From Thermotogota bacterium (GTDB taxonomy: Bacteria; Thermotogota; Thermotogae; UBA12178), in NCBI GenBank assembly GCA_021161835.1, contig JAGGZV010000037.1:21806-85805 (forward strand): a DNA stretch of 64,000 nt. The letters run 5' to 3'. How positions within the stretch are numbered: position 1 is the stretch's first letter; each line of letters begins with the position of its first letter. A program made the translations under genes and the position numbers. Below are positions 42,058-51,358 of this stretch, piece after piece. Below the pieces are notes generated by a model that was not told the origin of the DNA, made no database searches, and worked only from the letters and a program-made list of their open reading frames with translations.

Positions 42058-44732
42058 CTCAACTCCACGTCTTCTGGTGGAAGAGTACTCCTGGCCTGGC
42101 TGATGATCATCCTCAATCCCTTTCTTCTCACCACCACCGTGTTACCTTCAGGTGCTTCCAGCAACTCCTCAGGTTTCGGGATGCGCGAGTAATATCTTAA
42201 CACCTCGGTTGGAGCTTCCTTTACCTTCACCAGCCTCCGCCTATCAGAAAAATCCATGAAAGCCACGCCTGTATCGGGAAATTCCCCTTCAACTCTGATG
42301 GAAATAGCACATTTTCCATCGCTGATGATAACCACATCTCCCACCTTGAAAGCACGGAAGGGAATGACACCCTTGCACATCCTGACGCTCAAAGTGCACA
42401 GATCGATGTCCCTGAATTTTTCAAGTTCCTCGGGTGGAGAGGGAAGAGACAATGGAAAACCCATGGTTTCACATTCCATGAACGCTCTCTCAAGTGTGTT
42501 TTCCACCTCAAATTCCCTCTTCTCTTCGGTGTTTTCCACAACGCCAAACAACTTCTCCTGAATGAACAACAAACTGCTGGATACTCCCGAGAACAACCTG
42601 TTCAATCTACTCAACGCTATCTTGCGACATGTTATGAATCCGTCGAGCAGTCCACTCTTTATGAGATTTTCCAGCACTTTGATGCTGACACCATGGTCTT
42701 TCAAACGCATGATCAGAGTCTCAAAATCATCACTTTCCTCCATCAATTCCGTTATTTTGTGAGCCAGCTGCGGACCAACACCTTTGACACATCCCAGAGG
42801 TATTGATACCACGTTCTCTTCATGCGGCATACCCACTTTTATACCCATGAAACGCATTTCGTTTATCGCGCGCCATATCTTGTTTGGTATACCTGTATGA
42901 TACTTCATGAATTCTTCATAGAATATTTCAGGGTGATGGGCCTTCAAATAGCACGACCAGTAGGTTATCTTGGCATAGGCAACACTGTGAGATTTGTTGA
43001 AAGCATATCCCGCGAAATTGAACAGCGAATCGAACAGCATTCTGGCTGTTTCACTGGACATACCGTTTTTGACACATCCTTTGACGAACCGATCTTCCAT
43101 CCTTGCCAGTAACGTTCTGTCCTTCTTGGAGATGGCTCTCCTGAAAACATCGGATTCTTCAGGTGACAACCCGCCCAGAGTGGAAGCTATACGCATGACC
43201 TGTTCCTGATACACAAGGGTTCCCCAGGTTTCCGATAGGATTTCCTCAAGTTTTGGATGAATATATTCTATTTTTCCGGAACGTTTATGGTTGAGGTAAC
43301 TCTCGAAAATACCCGATTGCAGGGGACCAGGTCTGTTCAAAGCGATCAAGTCTGACAATTCCATCAAAGTGGTGGGTTTCAACTCCCTTGCCATCCTCGT
43401 CGCCATATTCGATTCCATCTGGAAGATACCACACGTCAATCCATCATGAAGAATTCTGAAAGCTTTAGAATCATTCAGAGGAATGGTTTCCAGCTTCACC
43501 CTCGATCTGCTCGCCACATCCTCAAGAAAAGACAGCGTTCTCAAACCCAGTATGTCCACCTTCACCATTCCCATTTCCTGAAGATCTTCCATGTCCAGAA
43601 GAACCGTACCATCCTCATCCAGCGGAAGTACCTCTCTCAAATCACCGCCGTACAACACCACACCGGCCGCATGTGTTGAACGATGGTGCGGAAGATCCAG
43701 GAGTACACGTGCACATTCCTGGGGAAGCGTACTCAATCCCAATCGCTGTATCTGGTTTCTCAACAGTCTTTCCTTCATTGTACCAAAAGTGACAATATTC
43801 GCAACGCTGTATTTACCGAATTTCGCTCTGAGCGCCTCTATAACATCCTGCCTCTTCCTGTCCTCCACATCTATGTCTATATCAGGTGGTTCGTTACGCG
43901 CAGGATTCACAAATCTTTCGAAAAGGAGCCCATATTCCAGAGGATCGACGTCGGTTATACCTAAAGCGAAACACACCAGGGAACCCACCGCTGAACCTCT
44001 GCCTGGTCCCGTACGTGCCCCAACTTCCCTGCACGTTCTGACCACCTCATATATCGTGGCTATATAATCGAGCATGCCCAGGCTGGAGAGCTGTTCTATC
44101 TCCATCTCCAGGCGCTCGAGATACCGCTTTTCTGTCCTGCGCGTCTTTTCGAGCCCTTCTAAACACCTGGATCGGATCTCTTCGGCGTTCATCGAGCATG
44201 GGAAAACGTGTGAAACTTTCAGTTCATAGTCTTCAACAGATTCCGCAATTTCGATGAGTCTGGTGAAAAGTCGACCATTGAAGAGTTTGAGATATTCCTC
44301 AGGTGAAGGAAGATGATGTGCAACGAAAGGCTCTCCGGATTCCCCCATCTTACCCAGTATCTCCAGACATCGCCTGTGAGATTTGTGAAGATACCTGACA
44401 TGGATGACAGGAACGTCCTTCTCACCAATCTTGATCAAGTTTTCCGTCAGAGAATGAGATATGCCATTATGATATTTAAAAAGCTCGAACACACCTCTGG
44501 AGTTCCGGGGTATCAGAAACGTTTCACCATCCTGAAGCGCGATTATGGGTTTCAAACCATATTCACGCGCCATTCGAACGAATTTTACCCACGCAACAGG
44601 AGTGGGATCCAGAAGGAAGACCTTTTCATATCCCAGTTTCTTACATATGGGAAGGGCTTCTTCAAGCTTGCAAACCGAACAGAAGAGATCATACTCGCTG
44701 TGGACCCCAAAGAGAGGAGGTATTGTACTCAC
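42054..44732 (-). CDS. dnaE: DNA polymerase III alpha subunit (short DnaE)
   Basis: [30 protein letters not shown] and FNKSHS. Confidence 0.93.
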   Translation of the reverse strand: MSTIPPLFGVHSEYDLFCSVCKLEEALPICKKLGYEKVFLLDPTPVAWVKFVRMAREYGLKPIIALQDGETFLIPRNSRGVFELFKYHNGISHSLTENLIKIGEKDVPVIHVRYLHKSHRRCLEILGKMGESGEPFVAHHLPSPEEYLKLFNGRLFTRLIEIAESVEDYELKVSHVFPCSMNAEEIRSRCLEGLEKTRRTEKRYLERLEMEIEQLSSLGMLDYIATIYEVVRTCREVGARTGPGRGSAVGSLVCFALGITDVDPLEYGLLFERFVNPARNEPPDIDIDVEDRKRQDVIEALRAKFGKYSVANIVTFGTMKERLLRNQIQRLGLSTLPQECARVLLDLPHHRSTHAAGVVLYGGDLREVLPLDEDGTVLLDMEDLQEMGMVKVDILGLRTLSFLEDVASRSRVKLETIPLNDSKAFRILHDGLTCGIFQMESNMATRMARELKPTTLMELSDLIALNRPGPLQSGIFESYLNHKRSGKIEYIHPKLEEILSETWGTLVYQEQVMRIASTLGGLSPEESDVFRRAISKKDRTLLARMEDRFVKGCVKNGMSSETARMLFDSLFNFAGYAFNKSHSVAYAKITYWSCYLKAHHPEIFYEEFMKYHTGIPNKIWRAINEMRFMGIKVGMPHEENVVSIPLGCVKGVGPQLAHKITELMEESDDFETLIMRLKDHGVSIKVLENLIKSGLLDGFITCRKIALSRLNRLFSGVSSSLLFIQEKLFGVVENTEEKREFEVENTLERAFMECETMGFPLSLPSPPEELEKFRDIDLCTLSVRMCKGVIPFRAFKVGDVVIISDGKCAISIRVEGEFPDTGVAFMDFSDRRRLVKVKEAPTEVLRYYSRIPKPEELLEAPEGNTVVVRRKGLRMIISQARSTLPPEDVELR

Positions 44733-44859
44733 AATTCTTGGCTCCCAGAATGAGACTCTTCTTTCAAATATATTGTACCAGAAACGAAAGAAACTCGTTC
44801 AGTACCGTTCAACGAATCTGATAAAATTTGAGAAATATTCAGAAGGAGGGTGATAACTG

Positions 44860-45720
44860 GTGACCAAACTCAAGAAAGATCTTGAAAGCCAGAAAGCGGT
44901 TGTGCTGGAAACATTGCCACCTCGCGGACCGAAAAGAGTGAAATACATGGAGTTTGTACGCTCCATGTTGGACATAGAACTCACGTGCGTGGCCGTTACA
45001 GATATGCCGATGGCAAGGGTGAGGGTCTCACCCTGGGCCGTAGGGCACTTTCTGGAAAGCGAAGGAATAGAAACATTGGTACATTTCAGCAGGATTTCCA
45101 GAAACATATTGAGAACGGAAGGAGACCTCCTGGGTATGTGGATGCTGGGTATCAAAAACGTGCTGCTGCTGTCAGGGGACAATCCGCAAGAAGGAGATTA
45201 CAGAAATTGCAGCAAAATCGAAGATGTGAATACCACGGAACTTATAAAACTAGTGAAGCTACTGAACCAGGGAACCGATCCGGCGGGGAACAAACTCAAC
45301 TCTTCTACGGGATTCTGTGTCGGAGGGGTGTTCAATCACAGAAACGAAGCAGAGATAGAAAGAACACGCGAAAAATTGGAAGCTGGTGTGGATTTTCTGG
45401 TATCGCAACCCGTGTTCGATCCTACGAGTCTTGAAAAATTCTACAGTCAGCTGGGAAAGAAAGCGCATGTACTCGCCTCCATTGCAATGTTCAAGAATGC
45501 CAGACAGCTGAAATATTTCTCCAGCGTGCCTGGCATCGAAATACCTTCAAAATTACTTTCTTCCATAGAAAAAGGCGATAACTATGTCCGGGAGTATTCT
45601 GTTGAATATGCCCTGTCAGTAGTGGAAAAGCTGAAAACCTTTGTGGACGGTATCTACATCGTTGGCATAGTTCGTGATCACGACTTCATAGCCAGGGTAG
45701 CACAGGTCTTCAGATCATAA
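44860..45720 (+). CDS. metF: Methylenetetrahydrofolate reductase family protein
   Basis: ETLPP, VTD, LSGD, KLEAGVDFLVSQPVFD and VPGI. Confidence 0.85.
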   Translation: MTKLKKDLESQKAVVLETLPPRGPKRVKYMEFVRSMLDIELTCVAVTDMPMARVRVSPWAVGHFLESEGIETLVHFSRISRNILRTEGDLLGMWMLGIKNVLLLSGDNPQEGDYRNCSKIEDVNTTELIKLVKLLNQGTDPAGNKLNSSTGFCVGGVFNHRNEAEIERTREKLEAGVDFLVSQPVFDPTSLEKFYSQLGKKAHVLASIAMFKNARQLKYFSSVPGIEIPSKLLSSIEKGDNYVREYSVEYALSVVEKLKTFVDGIYIVGIVRDHDFIARVAQVFRS

Positions 45721-47037
45721 TATGGCGAGATAGCGTGCCACTTCCCAATCGGTTACAGCTATGGAGAAGGCTTTCCACTCCTTCTCTTTCATTTCTATGA
45801 ACTTTTCAAATATGTGATCACCCAGCGTCTTCCTCACCAATTCGCTCTCTCTGGCTATCTCTATGGCTTCCTTCAAAGAACCAGGTAGAGATTCGATATT
45901 GTGCTGGGCCTTTTCCAACTCGTCCATTTCAAAGATGTTGGCATCTACGGGATTGGGTGGCATTATCTTCTTCTCTATTCCCTCCAGACCCGCCGCCAGC
46001 ATAACGGCGAGGGCGAGATACGCATTACATGTTGGATCTGGACTCCTGTATTCTATTCTGGTTCCCTTACCACGGGCTGCCGGCACTCTTACGAGAGCGG
46101 ATCTGTTCTTGGCGGACCATGCAATGTTAACGGGTGCCTCGTAACCGGGGACAAGCCTTTTGTAGCTGTTCACCGTTGGATTGGTTATCAGCGTTATCTC
46201 TTTGGCATGTTTTATTATTCCACCTATGAAGTACAGACAGTTTTCACTGAGCTGCTGAGGCCCATCAGGATCGTAGAAAGCATTTTCTTCGCCTCTGAAA
46301 AGGCTCATGTGTGTGTGCATCCCGGAACCGTTGACACCGAAGAAAGGCTTCGGCATGAAGGTGGCATGTAGACCATGCATCAGCGCTACGGTTTTCACCA
46401 CGAATTTGAAGGTCTGAATGTTGTCTGCTGTTCTGAGAATGTTGTCGTATCTGAAATCTATTTCGTGCTGAGAGGGAGCAACTTCATGATGGGAAGTTTC
46501 GACATCGAGTCCCATCTTTTCCAGAGCAAGTACGATATCCTTCCTGGTTTCCTCCCCTCTATCTACTGGCAACAGATCGAAATATCCCCCTTCATCCATG
46601 AACTCAAGCAGAGGTGCCTGATCTTCGGCTCTGGGTAGAAGAAAAAACTCCGGTTCGGGACCAGCGAATGCAGTGAAGCCCATTTCCTCAGCTCTCTCCA
46701 CCACCAGCTTTAGCCTGTACCGCGGATCTCCATCGAAAGGTTTTCTCTCACCGGTGTATACATCACATATCAACCGGGCGCTCTTCTTTTCACCCTGACT
46801 CCAGGGCAAGATCGCAAAAGTGGAGGGATCAGGATAAAGGTACATGTCAGATTCATGTATTCTGACGAATCCATCGATGGACGACCCATCGAACATGATG
46901 CCTCTATCGAGAACCTGTGGAAGTTCATCGGCTGGTATCTCGACGTTCTTCAATATCCCATTGATATCTGTGAACTGTAATCTGATGAACTTTATTCCTT
47001 CGCTCTCCACTACCTTTAAAACTTCCTCCTTGGTCAC
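45715..47037 (-). CDS. glnA: Glutamine synthetase type I (GSI-alpha)
   Basis: FDGSSI, ESDM, GPEPEFF, HHEVAPSQHE, FMPKP..GVNGSGMH, KRLVPGYEAP, NRSA and RIEYR. Confidence 0.98.
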   Translation of the reverse strand: MTKEEVLKVVESEGIKFIRLQFTDINGILKNVEIPADELPQVLDRGIMFDGSSIDGFVRIHESDMYLYPDPSTFAILPWSQGEKKSARLICDVYTGERKPFDGDPRYRLKLVVERAEEMGFTAFAGPEPEFFLLPRAEDQAPLLEFMDEGGYFDLLPVDRGEETRKDIVLALEKMGLDVETSHHEVAPSQHEIDFRYDNILRTADNIQTFKFVVKTVALMHGLHATFMPKPFFGVNGSGMHTHMSLFRGEENAFYDPDGPQQLSENCLYFIGGIIKHAKEITLITNPTVNSYKRLVPGYEAPVNIAWSAKNRSALVRVPAARGKGTRIEYRSPDPTCNAYLALAVMLAAGLEGIEKKIMPPNPVDANIFEMDELEKAQHNIESLPGSLKEAIEIARESELVRKTLGDHIFEKFIEMKEKEWKAFSIAVTDWEVARYLAIL

Positions 47038-47067
47038 TTCACGACACCTCCCATACCCACGATATAT

Positions 47068-47098
47068 AAAAAAGGCCGATGGTTCCTTCCATCGGCCT
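47068..47098 (-). terminator. Attenuator terminator (3:4) in the glnA leader
   Basis: On the transcript GGCCGAUGG-aaggaa-CCAUCGGCC-UUUUUU, ending 30 nt before the glnA start. Confidence 0.9.
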
Positions 47099-47149
47099 GT
47101 CCCATGTTAAAAACTAAACATCATGGCATGGAACAGGCCGACCCCGGCC
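47092..47149 (-). promoter_or_regulatory. Antiterminator (2:3) and protector (1:2) helices of the glnA attenuator
   Basis: UCGGCCUGUUCCAUG (47141-47127) pairs over 15 bp (one G-U) with CAUGGGACAGGCCGA (47106-47092). GGCCG-gggu-CGGCC (47149-47136) is the alternative hairpin. Confidence 0.8.
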
Positions 47150-47213
47150 AATTATTGTTAGCTGCATTTGCGGAGATAGAGTAACAATTGTACGCCTTCC
47201 AGATCTTCCTCAT
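47121..47213 (-). CDS. Asn-rich leader peptide of glnA (30 aa)
   Basis: Manual translation MRKIWKAYNCYSISANAANNNWPGSACSMP*; SD-like AGGGGTGA 4 nt upstream of the ATG. Too short for the ORF track. Confidence 0.8.
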   Translation of the reverse strand: MRKIWKAYNCYSISANAANNNWPGSACSMP

Positions 47214-47304
47214 CCCGTCACCCCTGTCTTCAATTTTGTGTGCATTGTACCGGAATAAATTGAACACATTATCACCGCTCTTCTACATGTTTATTACTTC
47301 ATGA

Positions 47305-48549
47305 TCACTGTACAGTTATATCGTCCTCGTATGAGAGTTTCGTACCATCGGGAAAACGAACTTCAACTTGAAAATGGTATTTACCGATCTGGTAAAAGGT
47401 GATGGGCCGCCACTCTCTCGAATCGAACACAGAGCGTTTCTCGTACTCCAGCAAAAGCAATCTTCCAGGGGACTTCTCTCTCTGAATTAAAGGCACCCCA
47501 CCCTGACTTATTATGAGCTGAACGTTCGAAATTTCCAAAAACCTCTTCTCATTTTTTCCGTTGACAACGTAGACGATTATGTCCACAGGCACCCCAACAC
47601 CCACAAATTTGGGCATTTCCACGAAGAGCGAGAGTTTTTTGTAATCCGTCTCCATGGACTTCACAACATAAAAGGCCGTTTTATTCTCCTGAATTCTATC
47701 GTCACCCTGCACCTTCATATTCACAACATAAAATCCTGTTTTGGAAGGCTTATAAACCACACCCGTTGGCAACATTTCATCGTACGTGGGAGGAACACGG
47801 GCATCTTTCAGGACAGAAGTATAGGTTTCGATGGGTTTACCCCGAACATCCAGGATCTGAATCGTGAGCACGCTGTTTGAAAAATCCATCTCCTCAGAAC
47901 TCCTGTTTTTCAGAAAAGCCATTATTTCAACCGGTTCACCCACCACATAGAAAGGATGCTTGACATACGGGATCACAGCTTGAATATGCTTGTACTCAAC
48001 GATTTTCACGAGTATCAACGGCCTACCGTTTACCGAGAAAGAAGCTCTGATGTAGTACTTACCATCTGAAAGTTTCGAAAGCTCCACCTCTCTGAAAAGA
48101 TCAAAAACCACTACCGATTCAAACGCCTGCAACGTTTTAGAAACCACACCAGGATGATCGAAGGAATACAGCACATTGTTTTGAGAATCGGTTACCTGGA
48201 ATTTGAAGGAGGAAATGGACAATTCACGCTTCTCGTTACGCGTGTTGACTATCTTCACAATGGCCTTCAAAGGAGCGGGATATTCGTACGAATCATCGGT
48301 AAGTAGGGATATACTGTAACCATCTACGAATCTGTATACTCCGCTCTCAACGGGACGATTTCTCCCCACCAGAAAACCAAAGAACACTATGGCTACAACG
48401 AATATGTTCAGAAGTAGGAATCGCAAGCTCTTTCTTCTGTATGCATAACGTTCTTCATATTCTCGCCAGCTTCTTTCATCGTGCTCACGCCATTCCTCGG
48501 GTGATCTGCTCCTGTAAGCCCTTTGGGGAATTTCATCGCGCCTCGGCAA
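47305..48549 (-). CDS. Bitopic membrane protein with repeated beta-rich (Ig-like) extracytoplasmic domains
   Basis: One TM helix after a charged N-terminus, then three beta-sandwich-like segments; overlaps the pilB stop. Confidence 0.7.
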   Translation of the reverse strand: MPRRDEIPQRAYRSRSPEEWREHDERSWREYEERYAYRRKSLRFLLLNIFVVAIVFFGFLVGRNRPVESGVYRFVDGYSISLLTDDSYEYPAPLKAIVKIVNTRNEKRELSISSFKFQVTDSQNNVLYSFDHPGVVSKTLQAFESVVVFDLFREVELSKLSDGKYYIRASFSVNGRPLILVKIVEYKHIQAVIPYVKHPFYVVGEPVEIMAFLKNRSSEEMDFSNSVLTIQILDVRGKPIETYTSVLKDARVPPTYDEMLPTGVVYKPSKTGFYVVNMKVQGDDRIQENKTAFYVVKSMETDYKKLSLFVEMPKFVGVGVPVDIIVYVVNGKNEKRFLEISNVQLIISQGGVPLIQREKSPGRLLLLEYEKRSVFDSREWRPITFYQIGKYHFQVEVRFPDGTKLSYEDDITVQ

Positions 48550-50242
48550 CGCGCTTTACCTCCTCGAGGGAAGTGATCCCCTCCATCACTTTGAAAACTC
48601 CATCCTCATACATGGTCACCATACCTTCAGAACGGGCAACCTTCTCTATCTCACTCTCCGATGCTCCTGCAACTATCATTTCACGAATACGCTTTGAAAC
48701 CATCAAAATCTCATGTATAGCTGTCCGACCCTTGTAACCCTCTCCATCGCAGCTTTCACATCCTTCACCTGCCACGTATTCCACCACTTCTCCCTTCCAT
48801 CCCACCAACTCCGCGAGTTTATTCGCAACCTCTTTCACCTGATCACTTGCCTCCACCCTGACTCTGCACTCGTGACACAGTTTGCGCACCAATCTCTGAC
48901 CCACAACACCCAGAAGCGATACGCTTATAAGATGAAGATCCACACCCATGTTCATCAATCTGGCTATGGCTGCCGGAGCGGTGTTGGTGTGAAGTGTACT
49001 GAGCACGAGATGCCCTGTCATGGAAGCTTCTATTGCTAACTGAGCCGTTTCTCTATCCCTGATTTCACCCACCATTATGATGTCAGGATCCTGTCTGAGA
49101 AAGGCGCGCAGATATCTTGCGAAGGTAAGGCCTATTTCTGGATTTACCTGGCATTGGGTAATACCATCCAGCGTATATTCCACCGGATCTTCGGCGGTGA
49201 CTATGTTCTTGGTTATATCCTTCAATTCATTCAAAACTCCAACCAGTGTGGTGGATTTACCGCTTCCTGTTGGACCCGTGACGAGTATTATGCCGTATGG
49301 GTGAGAGATGAGCTCCCTTAATCTTCCATAGTTGTACTCACTGAGTCCCAGATCTTCAAGACGTCTATTCGCAGCGGAGACCTTCAATATTCTCATGACA
49401 ACCTTCTCACCAAAGATCGAAGGCATGGTGGAAACGCGAAAATCGTACTGTTCACCCTCACGCCTCACATAAAATTTACCATCCTGGGGCAATCTACGCT
49501 CAGAAATATCGAGCTTCGAGAGTATCTTTATCCTGGACACAACAGCGCTGTGCAGGGATTTTGGAAAATCCGTCACCTTTCTCAACCTGCCATCTACCCT
49601 ATATCGAACCCTCACCAAATGCTCCTGCGGTTCTATGTGTATATCACTGGCTCCCTGCTTCAAAGCTCCATCTATTATGAAGTTCACCACCTTCACCGCT
49701 GGTGACGACTCGGTGAGTTCCTCTTCCACCACTTCTTCGGTGGTTTGTTCAACGCTTCCCATTTCCAGCTCCAGCTCCGCCAGATCGGGTATTGCTCCAC
49801 CTTCATACACACGCTTGAACAGCTCTTCAAAAGCTGGCTTTGAAACGAGCAATATCTTCGGTGCCTTTCCGGTGAGGAAGCGTATTTCCTCCTGCGCCGG
49901 GGCGACTCTCAACACGTCATCCGTTACTATGGAAAGGGTCCCATCCTCCTCGTATCCTATGGGAACTATGTGCAGCTTTTCTGCCTGCTGCTTCGAAATG
50001 CTCTTCACCACATCAGATGGAATCTGAGAAGGCACTTTATCCAGCACCGGTATTCCATACTGTTCACCCAAAGCCTTCACTATGTCGTCCCATGTTACCA
50101 ACCCCAGATCCACAAGCACTTCTCCTAGAGGCTTCCTTTCTTCTCCTCTTTTGGAAAGGGCATATTTCAACTCTTCCGGAGTTATGAGTCCCTTTTCGAT
50201 CAGGATATCTCCTATCCTTTTATATGTCTTGAACTTCGCCAT
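48533..50242 (-). CDS. Type IV pilus/T2SS assembly ATPase (PilB/GspE) with an MshEN-like N-terminus
   Basis: SDIHIEP, GPTGSGKS, LRQDPD, STLHTN and CxxC..CxxC. Start set at MAKFK (50242). Confidence 0.92.
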   Translation of the reverse strand: MAKFKTYKRIGDILIEKGLITPEELKYALSKRGEERKPLGEVLVDLGLVTWDDIVKALGEQYGIPVLDKVPSQIPSDVVKSISKQQAEKLHIVPIGYEEDGTLSIVTDDVLRVAPAQEEIRFLTGKAPKILLVSKPAFEELFKRVYEGGAIPDLAELELEMGSVEQTTEEVVEEELTESSPAVKVVNFIIDGALKQGASDIHIEPQEHLVRVRYRVDGRLRKVTDFPKSLHSAVVSRIKILSKLDISERRLPQDGKFYVRREGEQYDFRVSTMPSIFGEKVVMRILKVSAANRRLEDLGLSEYNYGRLRELISHPYGIILVTGPTGSGKSTTLVGVLNELKDITKNIVTAEDPVEYTLDGITQCQVNPEIGLTFARYLRAFLRQDPDIIMVGEIRDRETAQLAIEASMTGHLVLSTLHTNTAPAAIARLMNMGVDLHLISVSLLGVVGQRLVRKLCHECRVRVEASDQVKEVANKLAELVGWKGEVVEYVAGEGCESCDGEGYKGRTAIHEILMVSKRIREMIVAGASESEIEKVARSEGMVTMYEDGVFKVMEGITSLEEVKRVAEAR

Positions 50243-51353
50243 CCTTATCCTCCAATCTATCTGGATCCATAAAATCTTCTTTCGATTCTTCTTCCACATT
50301 TTCCACATTCCAATTTATGAACTCGCCCAGCCCAAGCTTGAAAACCGTTGGTATTTCTTCTTCAGATGTGAGCCATGCCTCGCTGGGTTCATAACCGGTG
50401 GCTATGAGTGTAACCCTCATCTCATCTGGTGGTATGCTGTCATCGATTATGAGTCCAAATTTGACATCCACTTCATCGCTGCAACTTTGTCTTATAACCG
50501 ATGCAGCGAGATGCATCTCCTTGAGCGTCACGTTCCTTGGAGCCGACACGTTCAATATGATGGCGGAAGCGTTCTCCACAGGATGTTCCAGAAGTTTGCT
50601 GTCCATGGCCCTCTTGGAAGCTTCATATGCCCTGTTTTCCTTCTTGCCTATTCCTATTCCCAACATTGCGGTGCCGGCATTTCTCATGACTGACTCTATA
50701 TCCGCGAAATCGAGGTTTATGTAACCACGCTTGGTTATGAGCTCGGATATGCCTTTTATACCCTGATGAAGTGTCTCATCGGCTTTCAGGAACGCATCCA
50801 CAACGGGCATATCTGTTTCCAGCTCAGCCAAAAGCTTGTTGTTGGAAATCTTTATCAGGGTGTCCACCTTTCCCTGCAAATTCCTTATACCTTCTATGGC
50901 TACTTTCCAGCGCGTATCTCCCTCAAAGTAGAAAGGGGTGGTAACGATCGCAACGGTTAAAATACCCATTTCCCGGGCCAGGCTCGCGATGACAGGAGCC
51001 GCTCCTGTACCTGTTCCACCACCTAAACCCGCAGTTATAAAGAGCATATCGGTATCTGCGAGTACATCCCGTATTTCTTCCTCACTCTCCAGAGCTGCTT
51101 TCTCACCTATATCGGGTCTGCCGCCAGCACCGAGACCTTTGGTGACGTCCTTTCCCAGCTGCAACTTGACCTCCGCTTTGGAAGCTTCAAGCACCTGCAG
51201 GTCCGTGTTGGCAGCCACGAACTGTACACCGTGTATTCCCATTTCTATCATTCTGTTGACGGCGTTGTTACCCGCACCACCTACCCCTATAACCTTTATT
51301 ATCGGAGACCTGTTGGGAACCCGCCTTCCTTCCTTAAGAAGCTCGAAACCCAT
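50220..51353 (-). CDS. ftsZ: Cell division protein FtsZ
   Basis: GVGGAGNNAV, GGGTGTG and INLDFAD. The start could alternatively be 51359. Confidence 0.97.
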   Translation of the reverse strand: MGFELLKEGRRVPNRSPIIKVIGVGGAGNNAVNRMIEMGIHGVQFVAANTDLQVLEASKAEVKLQLGKDVTKGLGAGGRPDIGEKAALESEEEIRDVLADTDMLFITAGLGGGTGTGAAPVIASLAREMGILTVAIVTTPFYFEGDTRWKVAIEGIRNLQGKVDTLIKISNNKLLAELETDMPVVDAFLKADETLHQGIKGISELITKRGYINLDFADIESVMRNAGTAMLGIGIGKKENRAYEASKRAMDSKLLEHPVENASAIILNVSAPRNVTLKEMHLAASVIRQSCSDEVDVKFGLIIDDSIPPDEMRVTLIATGYEPSEAWLTSEEEIPTVFKLGLGEFINWNVENVEEESKEDFMDPDRLEDKDGEVQDI

Positions 51354-51358
51354 TTTCA

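Noticed and set aside
44733..44859. SAM riboswitch upstream of metF
   Set aside because: The divergent intergenic region is short and shows no S-box consensus or terminator.
47038..47304. T-box or glutamine riboswitch (glnA RNA motif) as the explanation for the glnA leader
   Set aside because: No GGTGGNACC T-box sequence or specifier stem, and no match I can recognise to the cyanobacterial glnA motif. The uORF with overlapping helices explains the region better.
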